From contig NC_017039.1 of NCBI RefSeq assembly GCF_000284455.1, positions 3,270,001 through 3,302,000 of the forward strand: a stretch of DNA of 32,000 nucleotides, read 5' to 3'. Below the pieces are notes generated by a model. It did not search any database. It had not been told where the DNA came from and saw only the letters and a list, made by a program, of their open reading frames with translations. Numbering within the stretch: position 1 is the first letter of the stretch; the number at the start of each line of letters is the position of its first letter. The DNA comes from Synechocystis sp. PCC 6803 substr. PCC-P. Its GTDB lineage: Bacteria > Cyanobacteriota > Cyanobacteriia > Cyanobacteriales > Microcystaceae. A program made the translations under genes and the position numbers. This document shows, in pieces, positions 1 through 9,780 of the stretch.

Positions 1-15
1 GTTGACCAAGCAAAA

Positions 16-1269
16 TTGTTCCTGGGTTTAGACTTTGGTACGTCCGGGGCGAGGGCGGCGGTAATTGATCAAAATAAAGAGTTAATTTGGCAGGAAAAAG
101 TCCAGTTTTCCCAGGTTCCCGGCCCCCAATTGGTTACCATCTGGCGGGAAAGTTTGTTTCATCTTTTAGATCAAATTCCCGATGAACTAAGCAGTCAAAT
201 CCAGGCGATCGCCATTGATGGCACTTCCTCCACGGTTTTACTGTTGGATAGCCAAGGCAATGGGTTAATGGAGCCTCTGTTGTATAACGATGACCGGGGC
301 AAAGAAGTTAAGCATTTATTATCAGCAATAGCTCCAGCAGATCATTTAGTGCAAAGTGCTACTTCTAGCCTAGCCAAACTGCTTTGGTACTCCCAACAAC
401 CGGAGTTTGAACGAGCTAATTACTTTTGTCATCAAGCGGATTGGTTAGCAAGTTTGCTCCATGGTGGCAGACCCGTTAGTGATTATCACAATGCCCTCAA
501 GCTGGGCTACAATCCCCACAATTTAACCTATCCTGATTGGTTAAAAAATGCTTCTTGGTTTGCCCTTTTACCTCCAGTAATTGCCCCCGGTAAAGCAATT
601 TCCCGCTTATCTCCCAGCATTGCCAACGCAGAAAAATTCCCTAAAAATTATTTGGTTTGTGCCGGCACCACGGACAGCATTGCTGCTTTTTTAGCCAGTG
701 GCGCAACGCAACCAGGGGAAGCGGTCACTTCTTTGGGTTCCACTCTGGTGCTGAAGTTACTAAGTGAAAAGCCAGTGACGGATCTAGCTAGCGGTATTTA
801 TAGCCATCGTCTAGGCGATTTATGGTTAACGGGGGGAGCTTCCAATGCGGGGGGAGCAGTGTTACAACATTATTTTTCGTCAACGCAGTTAACAGCATTA
901 AGTGCCAAAATTAATCCCCATCAACCTAGTGACTTAGATTACTATCCCCTTTTGCAACCGGGGGAAAGATTTCCCATTAATGACCCTAATTTATTACCCC
1001 GCTTGGAACCCAGACCAGAGAATGATGCAATTTTTTTACAAGGTTTATTGGAAGGTTTAGCTCGCATTGAAGCCCAGGGTTATGAAAAGTTGCAAAAGTT
1101 GGGGGCAACAACCTTAACAAAGGTGTTTACTGCTGGGGGTGGGGCACAGAATTTAACTTGGCAAACTATTCGGCAAAATTTGCTCCAGGTTCCGGTACAA
1201 AAATCCGTTCAGTCAGAAGCGGCCTATGGTTCTGCTTGTTTAGCTAGAAGTAGTAAATCTTGGGAATGA
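16..1269 (+). CDS. FGGY-family carbohydrate kinase (xylulokinase/ribulokinase-like)
   Basis: 417-aa ORF. The N-terminal LGLDFGTSGARAAV matches the FGGY phosphate-1 motif, and the C-terminal FTAGGGAQN...EAAYGSACLA is typical of the FGGY C-domain. The start at 16 is TTG, and the frame is open to base 1, so the true start could lie upstream of the window. Confidence 0.85.
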   Translation: MFLGLDFGTSGARAAVIDQNKELIWQEKVQFSQVPGPQLVTIWRESLFHLLDQIPDELSSQIQAIAIDGTSSTVLLLDSQGNGLMEPLLYNDDRGKEVKHLLSAIAPADHLVQSATSSLAKLLWYSQQPEFERANYFCHQADWLASLLHGGRPVSDYHNALKLGYNPHNLTYPDWLKNASWFALLPPVIAPGKAISRLSPSIANAEKFPKNYLVCAGTTDSIAAFLASGATQPGEAVTSLGSTLVLKLLSEKPVTDLASGIYSHRLGDLWLTGGASNAGGAVLQHYFSSTQLTALSAKINPHQPSDLDYYPLLQPGERFPINDPNLLPRLEPRPENDAIFLQGLLEGLARIEAQGYEKLQKLGATTLTKVFTAGGGAQNLTWQTIRQNLLQVPVQKSVQSEAAYGSACLARSSKSWE

Positions 1270-1335
1270 AGATTAAATCATCGTCCCTAGATGGTTGTCT
1301 ACAATATAATCAACCAAACCCTACACCCAAATTTT

Positions 1336-1491
1336 ATGAAGCTGAAAGTATTAGTCTGGCAAGAACAAGACCAATGGTGCGCTTCTGTTCCTGCTTTGCC
1401 TGGATGTCACACTTGGGGGAATAGTTACGATCATCTGATGGAAATGGTCAAAGAAGCTGTGGAAGGATGGCTTGAAGTTGCTAGTAAATAA
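1336..1491 (+). CDS. HicB-like / UPF0150-type small antitoxin-like protein (51 aa)
   Basis: The ORF track gives 1291..1491; I prefer the internal ATG at 1336 ([47 protein letters not shown]). The pattern (..W.A.vP.lPGC.t.G.t.eea....keAi..wle) is characteristic of the HicB N-terminal / UPF0150 fold. No DNA-binding domain is attached. Confidence 0.6.
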   Translation: MKLKVLVWQEQDQWCASVPALPGCHTWGNSYDHLMEMVKEAVEGWLEVASK

Positions 1492-1519
1492 GAAGAGGCG
1501 ATCGCCAAGAACAACAAGT

Positions 1520-1843
1520 ATGAGCCACACTTTTCAGCAGATTTTACAATTGATAGAGAAACAGGAAGTTAAAATATCTGCCCATGGCTACGACGAACTG
1601 GCCAGCGATAACATTTTTGTGACGGAACTTCTGTCCAGCGTGAATCAAGCCGAGGTTATAGAAGACTATCCTGATTATCCCAAAGGAGCTTGTGTCCTTG
1701 TTTTACAAAAAGATTTACAAAATCAGCCTATCCATGCCGTTTGGGGAATACCCAAAAATTCAGATTCTCCCGCTGTTTTAATTACGGCTTATCGGCCTAG
1801 TAACAACAAATGGGAAAACGACTACAAAACAAGAAAATTATGA
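1520..1843 (+). CDS. DUF4258-family protein (putative toxin component)
   Basis: I prefer the ATG at 1520 ([12 protein letters not shown]...). The motifs [38 protein letters not shown] and [19 protein letters not shown] match my memory of the DUF4258 consensus (S.HA..em..d.I, IIEDYP.D.rGPScLvLG, HvV, ITvYrPdp..W). Confidence 0.65.
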   Translation: MSHTFQQILQLIEKQEVKISAHGYDELASDNIFVTELLSSVNQAEVIEDYPDYPKGACVLVLQKDLQNQPIHAVWGIPKNSDSPAVLITAYRPSNNKWENDYKTRKL

Positions 1844-2058
1844 ACACCAGAACCCAAACAAAAATTATTCACGAAGGGGACTATATGGCAGAAGTTCAAG
1901 TTGAGCTAACCTACACTGATCATGATTGGTCTCCTTACTTATCTCTTACAGAAGCGCAAAAACTTGATCAACTCAGGCTGGCCCTGCGCAGAAATGATGT
2001 TAAAACTGCGTCTAGTCTTGCTCGTGTCTACCATCTGACCCCCGTTGTGGTCGCTTAA
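1840..2058 (+). CDS. Small hypothetical protein (72 aa), possible cognate partner of the DUF4258 gene
   Basis: The ATG at 1840 overlaps the TGA stop of the upstream gene (ATGA, 1840-1843), which is classic translational coupling. I recognise no family for it. Confidence 0.5.
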   Translation: MNTRTQTKIIHEGDYMAEVQVELTYTDHDWSPYLSLTEAQKLDQLRLALRRNDVKTASSLARVYHLTPVVVA

Positions 2059-2372
2059 TAAAAAGCTGATTCAAACAGAAAAAATGATGAATTGCAATGC
2101 CATGGCGACAGCAGGTTATAACGAAAGCCCACCTTCCGCAGGTTCCACTAATAGTGGTAAATTTTTCACAAATATACCACCTATAGCGTAGTCTTTTTGC
2201 ACTTTTGGGCTGAGGGCAAAAAGGAAAAGCTTGAAATGGGCTTGGTGTCGTACTCAACCATAAATAAAAATACACTACCTGCGGAATGTAGGATAAAAGG
2301 CAGAGCTAAGGAAATAGACTTATCGCAGTCCTATATTTTGTACTGACAACAACCTCGGTTTAGTGATCTTCA

Positions 2373-3065
2373 TCAGCATTTCTTGGTGTTCCTTGCGTCT
2401 ATTGCATAGCCACGGGGACTTTTGCCCTCACCACTGAGATACAGCCGGTTCTTTTCCACTAAATTACGGGCTAATTCATCCAATTCACCAGGCGTTAATC
2501 CCCGCTTGTACTCAGTGCAAAGTCTTCTCACTATGCGGGACTCAGTTTCTTTGACTGTTGGGCCACCAGGGTAGCGAGTACGGAGAGGGGTCGGCAGTGC
2601 AGAGCGAGGAATGAATTCTACTTCTGTCCTGGTGGGGAGATTGGGAGGGCTGGAAGGAAAATCAATCTCAATGTAGTCATTTCTCTGTAATCCCTGGCGT
2701 ATTTGGGGTGGTTGGCTAGAAACGGGAGCAATGGTCGAAGTTGAGGTGGATGGAATGACCACACCATTGCTACTGTTTGGGGTATTACTAAATCGCTCTT
2801 CTACGGTGATTGGAATTGAGTTAACTTGATTGGAATTACTGCGATATCTATAGGGAGTGTATTGTCTTTGTAATTGTTCTAAATCTTGCCTAGGCTGGTT
2901 AAACTTCGCCGGTAATGCTTGAGGAGAGCGAATCTGAACTGGTATCGGTTCATTGTTGGTGCGAGATTTAACCCAGTCCAACCACCAATTAAATTCTTCC
3001 GTTTGGGCGCTGGCTGAAGGTGCCAGGGTGCCGATCGCCAGTAAGGCAAGGGTAAAAGTACGCAT
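2373..3065 (-). CDS. Secreted hypothetical protein (230 aa)
   Basis: The ORF is open to 3134, but the internal Met at 3065 gives a typical Sec signal peptide (MRTFTLALLAIGTLAPSASA|QTEE). The middle is Ser/Pro/Asn-rich. No family recognised. Confidence 0.6.
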   Translation of the reverse strand: MRTFTLALLAIGTLAPSASAQTEEFNWWLDWVKSRTNNEPIPVQIRSPQALPAKFNQPRQDLEQLQRQYTPYRYRSNSNQVNSIPITVEERFSNTPNSSNGVVIPSTSTSTIAPVSSQPPQIRQGLQRNDYIEIDFPSSPPNLPTRTEVEFIPRSALPTPLRTRYPGGPTVKETESRIVRRLCTEYKRGLTPGELDELARNLVEKNRLYLSGEGKSPRGYAIDARNTKKC

Positions 3066-3140
3066 GGGGTTTTGTTTGTGTTGGTAGCTTATTTTGGCGA
3101 TCGTCTTTACATTCGAGAATTTGCATCTGTCCACATTATT

Positions 3141-5750
3141 CTAAAGGTTCGTGACGGATGTATCGGTTGATGCTTTAATCACAGTTTCCAATTTAGCAAG
3201 GCGACTTTGGAGATCTTGATTTTCCTGTTGGAGTTTTTCCAGGTTAGTTTGCAAATTTTTAATTTTTTCGTCACTGCCAATTTTGGCTTGGACTTTTTTA
3301 ACCGCCTCTTCCGCCATGCGCCGCACCCGACCATCGGGGGTTTGGTTGGCAAGATTTTGCGAAATATCGATCGCCTTGGGGGTTTCCATTTGGCCAAGGG
3401 CAGAAGTAACAGAAACTTGGGTGAGGAAAAATTCTTCCTGGGCGATCGCCGTTAGTCGTTCCAGAATCTCCGTTAACTTTTCCGGGGATTGACCGATGGA
3501 AACAGCACCTAAAGCTCGAATGGCAGCTAAACGCAGGGGTTGGGGCGTACCATTGGCAGTATAGGCTAAAATTGCGTCCACCGCTTGGGCAGAAGTGGTC
3601 AGTTGGCTCAAACCGGCGATCGCCCCACAACGGACAACTTCATTCCAGCCGGAGCGATTTTTTAAAACTTCTGTCAATTGTTGAATAATTTCCCCTTCGT
3701 TATTTTTGAGCAGACCAGTGCCGAGGGCACCCAGGGCCGTCGCCGCTGCCGCTTCAGCGTAATAACTGGTTTCTCCTTGGGTCAAACATTTTTTCAAAGC
3801 TTCGTAACTAGCTTCGGTTTTTACCTTGGCTAAGGCTGAAATAATCGCCCGCCGCACTTTGGGGTGGTCGTTTTTGTCTAAACCATTGATTAATGCCGTT
3901 CCCGCTTGTTCCAGGTTAATACCCGCTAATTGCTCGGCAATCTCCACCCGCACACCCCAGAAAGCTTCTTTTTGCAATCTTTCGCCTAAAAATTCCACCG
4001 CTTCCAAACCGCCTTGTTTGCCAATGGCGATCGCCGCTTGAATGCGGGCAATGGGATCGGGGTCATGGGTACATTGGGCTTTTAATTCCGTTAAAGGATA
4101 GGCTAATTCTACGGTTTTAAGGAAATTATTGCCCTGGTCAAAACTGATAAAATCTGGCTTACGGGTTAGGGGAAAATAAAAAACCTGCTCCCGTTCTTTG
4201 AGTTGTAAAGGAATAACTTGACTGGTAACTTTTTCTCCGTCTAAAAAATTAAAAGCAACAGGGATTTTTAGGTTAAACAAATCTTTGTGGTCACTATTAG
4301 CCTTGGCTTGGGTTTGGGTCACCGTTAACTTGGCTAATTTATTGTCATTATCCCAACTGTAACTAACTTTAAATTCAGGGTGACCGCCCCGGAAAACATA
4401 CTGATCAAACAGCCAGAGTAAATTAAAGCCCGTAGCCTTTTCAATGGCCCGCAGTAAGTCCACAGTTTCCACAGTGCCATGGGCATGGTCATTCACAAAA
4501 GTATGGACAGCTCTAAAAAATAGCTCATCCCCCAACACCGCCCGGATCATGTGGTAAACACAGGCTCCCTTTTCATACAAATGGCGATCGTAAAGCTCAA
4601 TGGCTTCGCGATAAACGTGGGTAACAATGGGACGACGGTAGCGGGAACTATCCTCTGCTAAATAGTTACGAGCTTCCCCCAACAGGTAATAGGCCGCCTC
4701 ATCCTGGCCATATTCATGGTCTGTCCATAAAACCTCAGCATAGGAAGCCATACCTTCCTTGAGCCAAGCATGGGACCAATGTTTAACAACAACTAAATCC
4801 CCAAACCATTGGTGCGCCAATTCATGGGCTACTAAACTTTCCGTATTGCGGTTATCTAATGCCGCCCGTTCATCTAGTAAACACCGGTCCATTAATAGGG
4901 TGGTGGAAGTGTTTTCCATGCCCCCGAAAATGAAATCTGCCACGCAAACTTGGTCATAGTTGGGGTAGGCATAGGGATAACCAAAAGTTTGGTTAAAAAA
5001 CTCGATCATTCGGGGAGTTTTGCCCATGCTCCGTTGTCCATCGGCTTCCCTTCCTTTTTCCACGTAGTAGCGCACTGGCAGATCGCCATAATGATCTACT
5101 ATTTCGGCAAAGTCTCCGATCGCCAGGGTCATTAAATAGGTAGGGTGAATTTGACTTTGGGACCAGTGGAAAATTTGCTCATTGCCTAAATCTTTTTGCT
5201 CAATTAAACTGCCGTTGGAAATAACCCGATGGGGTTTGGCTACCTGCACCCGAATTTCCGATGTGGCCAATTGTCCTGGGTAATCAAAACAGGGGAACCA
5301 ATAGCGGGAATCTTCATCTTCCCCCTGGGTCCACACTTGCACCGGCTTATCGGGGTAATGGCGATCGGGCTGGATAAAATAAATGCCCCGGCGGGGATTT
5401 TTCAATTCGTACTGAATTTCCAGGGTGACCGGTTCCGTTCCCAGGGGTTGCAATGGGTTGATGGTTAATTTTTCCCCGTCATAGTCAAAGCTTTGGCTCA
5501 CCCCCTTAATTAAGACCCAGGCAATTTTCAAGTCCACTGCGTCCAACGTCAATTGCTCAATGCCAGCTCGCACCGGCGTGAGGGCGATGCGACAAACTCC
5601 CTGTAAATGCCGTTCCTCCAGGTTGATTTTCAAGTCCAAAAAAATATGATTTACCTGCCCCGGGCGATCTGGATTGTAGTGGGGCTTAGCACCGGGCAGT
5701 TCAAAGCTTTTCCGTTGGTTGGACTCGGTATCAAAGGTTAAAAACGACAT
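3141..5750 (-). CDS. pepN: M1-family aminopeptidase N with C-terminal HEAT-repeat region and coiled-coil tail
   Basis: 869 aa. It carries the exopeptidase motif GGMEN (a GAMEN variant) and the zinc motif HELAHQWFGD...18 aa...WLKEG (HEXXH-X18-E). The C-terminal ~300 aa contains repeated VR.AAI.ALG-type HEAT/PBS-lyase-like repeats. The last ~50 aa are heptad-like (NLQTNLEKLQQENQDLQSRLAKLE). Confidence 0.9.
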   Translation of the reverse strand: MSFLTFDTESNQRKSFELPGAKPHYNPDRPGQVNHIFLDLKINLEERHLQGVCRIALTPVRAGIEQLTLDAVDLKIAWVLIKGVSQSFDYDGEKLTINPLQPLGTEPVTLEIQYELKNPRRGIYFIQPDRHYPDKPVQVWTQGEDEDSRYWFPCFDYPGQLATSEIRVQVAKPHRVISNGSLIEQKDLGNEQIFHWSQSQIHPTYLMTLAIGDFAEIVDHYGDLPVRYYVEKGREADGQRSMGKTPRMIEFFNQTFGYPYAYPNYDQVCVADFIFGGMENTSTTLLMDRCLLDERAALDNRNTESLVAHELAHQWFGDLVVVKHWSHAWLKEGMASYAEVLWTDHEYGQDEAAYYLLGEARNYLAEDSSRYRRPIVTHVYREAIELYDRHLYEKGACVYHMIRAVLGDELFFRAVHTFVNDHAHGTVETVDLLRAIEKATGFNLLWLFDQYVFRGGHPEFKVSYSWDNDNKLAKLTVTQTQAKANSDHKDLFNLKIPVAFNFLDGEKVTSQVIPLQLKEREQVFYFPLTRKPDFISFDQGNNFLKTVELAYPLTELKAQCTHDPDPIARIQAAIAIGKQGGLEAVEFLGERLQKEAFWGVRVEIAEQLAGINLEQAGTALINGLDKNDHPKVRRAIISALAKVKTEASYEALKKCLTQGETSYYAEAAAATALGALGTGLLKNNEGEIIQQLTEVLKNRSGWNEVVRCGAIAGLSQLTTSAQAVDAILAYTANGTPQPLRLAAIRALGAVSIGQSPEKLTEILERLTAIAQEEFFLTQVSVTSALGQMETPKAIDISQNLANQTPDGRVRRMAEEAVKKVQAKIGSDEKIKNLQTNLEKLQQENQDLQSRLAKLETVIKASTDTSVTNL

Positions 5751-5841
5751 GGGGAAAGTTTCGCCGGGTTAAGGAAATGGAACCTTTCAAACCATAACCC
5801 TGAAAGCATTTCTGTGACAACCATGGCGACAAAATGGGCAT

Positions 5842-5875
5842 AAGCAAGAAAAATCCCCCTAGGGTAAGGAGGATT
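5842..5875 (-). terminator. Probable intrinsic terminator of gap2
   Basis: The minus-strand RNA reads AAUCCUCC-UUACCCUA-GGGGGAUU, an 8-bp stem with one G-U pair and an 8-nt loop, followed by UUUCUUGCUU. It lies about 75 nt downstream of the gap2 stop. Confidence 0.5.
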
Positions 5876-5948
5876 AAGCAAAACTAAGGGTGTTTATTAC
5901 CTAGTCAATTTTTACTGCGTTAATGAGCCCAAAAATCAGTGAGTAAAC

Positions 5949-6962
5949 CTATTTCCAGTTTTTAGCCACAATTTCAGCCAAGTCCACCACCCGTTGGGAA
6001 TAGCCCCATTCGTTGTCGTACCAAGCAATGACTTTAACCATGTCACCGCCCATTACCATGGTCAGACTACCATCCACAGTGGAAGAGCAATCCGTGCCCC
6101 GGAAGTCGCTGGAAACCAATTCCAAATCGGTGTATTCCAACACTCCTTTAAGGCTGGTGTTGGCTGCTTCTTTGAGCACTCCGTTAACCTGTTCAGCGAT
6201 GGTGTTTTTCTCTACTTGTACTACCAAATCCACCACGGAAACGTTGGGGGTGGGCACCCGCAGGGCAATACCGTTCAATTTGCCTTGCAGTTCAGGAATT
6301 ACCAGGGCCACCGCTTTGGCAGCTCCGGTGGAGGTGGGCACGATGTTAACGGCAGCAGCCCGGGCCCGGCGTAGATCCCGGTGGCTAGCATCGAGGATCC
6401 GTTGGTCTCCGGTGTAGCTGTGGGTGGTGGTCATGGTGCCTTTGATGATGCCAAAATTGTCGTTGATTACTTTGGCGATCGGGGCGAGGCAGTTGGTAGT
6501 ACAACTAGCGTTACTAATTACTTCGTATTCTTCGTGCTTATATTCGTGGGCATTGACCCCCACCACATAGGTGCCGATGTTGGGCCCCTTGCCAGGAGCA
6601 GTGATTAAAACTTTTTTGGCTCCGGCTTGAACGTGCTTGGTGGCCCCTTCATGGGTAACAAAAACACCGGTGGCTTCGATGACTAGATCTACATTCCATT
6701 CTGCCCAGGGCAAATTGAGGGGATTCCGGTCGGAAACACATTTAATAGTCTTGCCATTGACGGTAATGGAGTTTTCGTCGGCACTGATGTCCGCATCCAA
6801 CTTACCCAACATGGAGTCGTAGCGCAAAAGGTGAGCATTGGTTCTGGGATCAGAGGTGTCGTTGATACCGACTACTTCTAACTGGCTATCGGTGCGCCCC
6901 AGCCAGCAACGGAGAAAGTTGCGTCCGATCCGTCCAAATCCGTTAATTGCTACTCTAGTCAC
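5949..6962 (-). CDS. gap2: Glyceraldehyde-3-phosphate dehydrogenase (NAD(P)-dependent, Calvin-cycle type)
   Basis: 337 aa. It has the N-terminal Rossmann motif [10 protein letters not shown] and the catalytic [12 protein letters not shown], and it is GAPDH-like along the full length. The position next to pepN matches my memory of Synechocystis gap2. Confidence 0.95.
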   Translation of the reverse strand: MTRVAINGFGRIGRNFLRCWLGRTDSQLEVVGINDTSDPRTNAHLLRYDSMLGKLDADISADENSITVNGKTIKCVSDRNPLNLPWAEWNVDLVIEATGVFVTHEGATKHVQAGAKKVLITAPGKGPNIGTYVVGVNAHEYKHEEYEVISNASCTTNCLAPIAKVINDNFGIIKGTMTTTHSYTGDQRILDASHRDLRRARAAAVNIVPTSTGAAKAVALVIPELQGKLNGIALRVPTPNVSVVDLVVQVEKNTIAEQVNGVLKEAANTSLKGVLEYTDLELVSSDFRGTDCSSTVDGSLTMVMGGDMVKVIAWYDNEWGYSQRVVDLAEIVAKNWK

Positions 6963-7216
6963 GTTCGTCTTGCCCTCTCTGTTTTAGCTCAGTACATTTA
7001 AGGATTATTAATGACACCAATCATATCCTATTGCCTGAACACTTAGATCCCGAATTTCAAAGGGGGGGTGGGAATCTTTTTCCCTTTCTCTCCGTCGCTG
7101 TTTACCGTGGCCTCTGGGTTTTGTCTATGCCTGGGGGTAGAGTTTTTGCTATGATGTCGCTCAATTACAGGTGCGGTGAACCGGCAGGTGATTGTAGACG
7201 TTAACATTTATGGCTT

Positions 7217-8734
7217 GTGAGGAGCGTTGCTGTGGGTGCTGTGGATTTTAGTGGTCGTCCTTTCCATTTCTTGGGAATTGGGGGCATTGGTATGTCGGCT
7301 TTGGCCTACGTCCTCGCAAAACGCCATCTGCCTGTGTCGGGCTCTGACCTACGCCGCACCCATATTACCGATCGCCTGGAGTCCGTGGGGGCAAAAATCT
7401 TCCAAGATCAGGTGCCGGAGAATTTAGACTATTTTCAATCCCTGCAAGTTAACCCAGCGGTGGCTTTACCCACTGGCTCCCCCGGTTCAGGTTTAACCCT
7501 GGAGCAGATTGCCGAATCGGCCAGCAACGGAGTCAACGGCAATGGCCGCTACCAAACCCATTGTTTACCCCAGGTGGTGTGCTCCACTGCCATTAATGAG
7601 GGAAATTTAGAGTACCAAGGGGCGATCGCCAAAAATTGTCCTATCTATCACCGCTCCGATATTTTGGCGGCCTTGATTGCGGAGTCCCGGGGCATTGGGG
7701 TGGCGGGCACCCACGGCAAAACCACCACCAGTAGCTTAATTGGCTATGTATTAAAGGAAGCTGGGTTAGACCCCACCATTGTGGTGGGAGGGGAAGTGGA
7801 TGCTTGGCAGGGTAATGCTTATCTGGGTTCGGGGGAGTATTTGGTGGCGGAAGTGGACGAGTCCGATGGCTCCTTGACCAAGCACCATCCAGAGATCGGC
7901 ATTGTCACCAATATTGAATTAGACCATCCCGACCATTACTCCACCTTGGCCGAGGTGGTGGAAATTTTCCGTACTTTTGAATCCCATTGCCAAACTTTAA
8001 TCGGTTGTTTGGACTGTGGTGTGGTGCGGCAACATCTTTCCCCCACCATTACCTATAGTTTAGAAAATCATCCCGAAGCGGATTACCAGGCCCGGCAAAT
8101 TAAGCGTCAAGCCCATGGTAATGAGGTAGAAGTATGGGAGAGGGGAGTTTGTTTGGGCACCATGACTGTGACTTTGCCCGGTGACCATAACATTAGTAAT
8201 GCCTTGGCCGCGGTGGCGGTGGGCCGTTTACTCGGTTTAGATTTCCCCGTTATTGCCCAGGCGATCGCCAGTTTTAATGGTGCCAAACGGCGCTTTGAGT
8301 GCAAAGGTTACTGCAACGGCATTACCTTTATTGATGACTACGCTCACCACCCTAGTGAACTGCTGGCAACCCTAGCCGCCGCTAAGCAAAAAGTAACCCA
8401 TGGCAAATACGAACGGGTAGTGGCCATTTTCCAGCCCCATCGCTACAGCCGGACCCATACTTTTATGGCGGAATTTGCCACTGCGTTTAAGGATGCGGAT
8501 TTGGTGGTCTTAACTGATATTTACAGTGCTGGGGAGCAAAATCCCTACAACATCCGGGGGGAAGATTTAGCTAAGGCGGTGGGTCAACACCATGGGCATG
8601 TGGTTTACCAGCCCCGATTGACGGAATTGAGGGAATTTTTGCCTAAAGTTTTGCAGAGTGGTGATTTGGCGCTATTTTTAGGGGCGGGCAACCTCAATCA
8701 GCAGATTGCGCCGGTACTGGCGGCCTGCGCCTAG
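7217..8734 (+). CDS. murC: UDP-N-acetylmuramate--L-alanine ligase
   Basis: 505 aa. Motifs seen are FLGIGGIGMSALA, the Mur ligase P-loop GVAGTHGKTTTSS and DDYAHHPSE. The start is GTG at 7217, and other in-frame GTGs are nearby, so the start is uncertain by a few codons. Confidence 0.92.
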   Translation: MRSVAVGAVDFSGRPFHFLGIGGIGMSALAYVLAKRHLPVSGSDLRRTHITDRLESVGAKIFQDQVPENLDYFQSLQVNPAVALPTGSPGSGLTLEQIAESASNGVNGNGRYQTHCLPQVVCSTAINEGNLEYQGAIAKNCPIYHRSDILAALIAESRGIGVAGTHGKTTTSSLIGYVLKEAGLDPTIVVGGEVDAWQGNAYLGSGEYLVAEVDESDGSLTKHHPEIGIVTNIELDHPDHYSTLAEVVEIFRTFESHCQTLIGCLDCGVVRQHLSPTITYSLENHPEADYQARQIKRQAHGNEVEVWERGVCLGTMTVTLPGDHNISNALAAVAVGRLLGLDFPVIAQAIASFNGAKRRFECKGYCNGITFIDDYAHHPSELLATLAAAKQKVTHGKYERVVAIFQPHRYSRTHTFMAEFATAFKDADLVVLTDIYSAGEQNPYNIRGEDLAKAVGQHHGHVVYQPRLTELREFLPKVLQSGDLALFLGAGNLNQQIAPVLAACA

Positions 8735-8805
8735 GCTGGGCAAACTAACCTAGGGTTATCTTTGACCGTTTCTTCCTGTCCCGCTAATTTTCCGGACCAA
8801 CCGCC

Positions 8806-9759
8806 ATGATTATTTCCCCCGCTACCCGTCCCACCCCCATGGAAACTCCGGCGATCGCCTTGGCGGGAACAGGGACTATTATTCAGCCTGAAACAAGTCT
8901 GGCGGAATTCACTACCTATCGAGTGGGAGGCAAAGCGGAGTGGTATGCGGCCCCCCGTTGCCTGGAGGATTTAGTCGCTGTATTGGACTGGTTTCAGGGT
9001 CAGGATTTACCGTTAACTTTTTTAGGGGCCGGGTCAAACCTGTTAATTAGTGACCAAGGCTTAGCCGGTTTGGTACTAAGCACCCGTTATCTCCGGCAAA
9101 GCAAGTTTGATGAAGAACAGGGTTTAATTACCGTGGCCGCCGGGGAACCGATCGCCAAAGTAGGTTGGCAGGCCGCAAAACGAGGCTGGCAAGGACTGGA
9201 GTGGGCTGTGGGCATTCCCGGTACGGTGGGGGGCGCTGTGGTGATGAACGCCGGGGCCCATAATCAATGCACAGCGGAAACATTGGTGGAAGCGACGGTA
9301 ATGCGTCCCGACGGCGGTTTAGAAGTTTTAACCAACGAGCAATTAGGTTTCAGTTATCGCACCTCTAATCTACAAAAACATCTTGGCGATCGCCTGGTGG
9401 TGGATGCCACGTTTAAGTTAACGCCGGGATTCACCAGGGAAGAAATCATGGGCTGCACCACCCGTAATTTACATCAACGCAAAAGTACCCAACCCTACGA
9501 CAAACCCAACTGTGGCAGCGTGTTCCGCAATCCCACGCCCCTTTATTCAGCCCGTTTAATTGAAGAATTAGGACTCAAGGGTTACCGCATTGGTGGCGCG
9601 GAAGTATCCCAACGCCATGCGAACTTCATCGTTAATATTGACAATGCTAAAGCCCAGGATGTATTCAACCTCATTTTCCATGTGCAAGGGGAAGTGGAAA
9701 AACACTACGGCATCCTCTTAGAGCCAGAAGTGAAAATGCTGGGGGAGTTTGCTCGATGA
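8806..9759 (+). CDS. murB: UDP-N-acetylenolpyruvoylglucosamine reductase
   Basis: 317 aa. FAD-binding PCMH-type features are present (YRVGGKAEWY, FLGAGSNLL, IPGTVGGAVVMNAGA), along with the C-terminal motif GSVFRNP. It lies directly downstream of murC. Confidence 0.92.
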   Translation: MIISPATRPTPMETPAIALAGTGTIIQPETSLAEFTTYRVGGKAEWYAAPRCLEDLVAVLDWFQGQDLPLTFLGAGSNLLISDQGLAGLVLSTRYLRQSKFDEEQGLITVAAGEPIAKVGWQAAKRGWQGLEWAVGIPGTVGGAVVMNAGAHNQCTAETLVEATVMRPDGGLEVLTNEQLGFSYRTSNLQKHLGDRLVVDATFKLTPGFTREEIMGCTTRNLHQRKSTQPYDKPNCGSVFRNPTPLYSARLIEELGLKGYRIGGAEVSQRHANFIVNIDNAKAQDVFNLIFHVQGEVEKHYGILLEPEVKMLGEFAR

Positions 9760-9780
9760 ACACTATTAAACCTTTGTCAA

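Noticed and set aside
2012-2275. An 87-aa minus-strand ORF in the gap after the TA-like cassette, plus a 35-aa plus-strand ORF at 2084-2191.
   Set aside because: The 87-aa ORF overlaps the 3' end of the 1840-2058 gene and has Cys/Trp/Phe-rich, junk-like composition. Neither ORF has a ribosome-binding site or a recognisable motif. I treat 2059-2372 as non-coding (3' UTRs of convergent genes), although an ncRNA cannot be excluded without expression data.
2134-2286. A 10-bp inverted repeat, TTCCGCAGGT (2134-2143) and ACCTGCGGAA (2277-2286), which could bound a MITE or a structured RNA.
   Set aside because: The arms do not extend beyond 10 bp, and I see no target-site duplication. A rough estimate gives a few such 10-mer inverted pairs within 150 nt by chance in a 32-kb window.
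3179-5468. Many 60-130-aa ORFs inside or antisense to pepN. The same occurs within gap2 (5994-6822), argZ (12909-14426), recR, the sulfate genes and others.
   Set aside because: These are shadow ORFs nested within long, motif-supported genes. They show biased, low-complexity translations (Arg/Gly/Pro/Ser-rich) and have no independent start signals.
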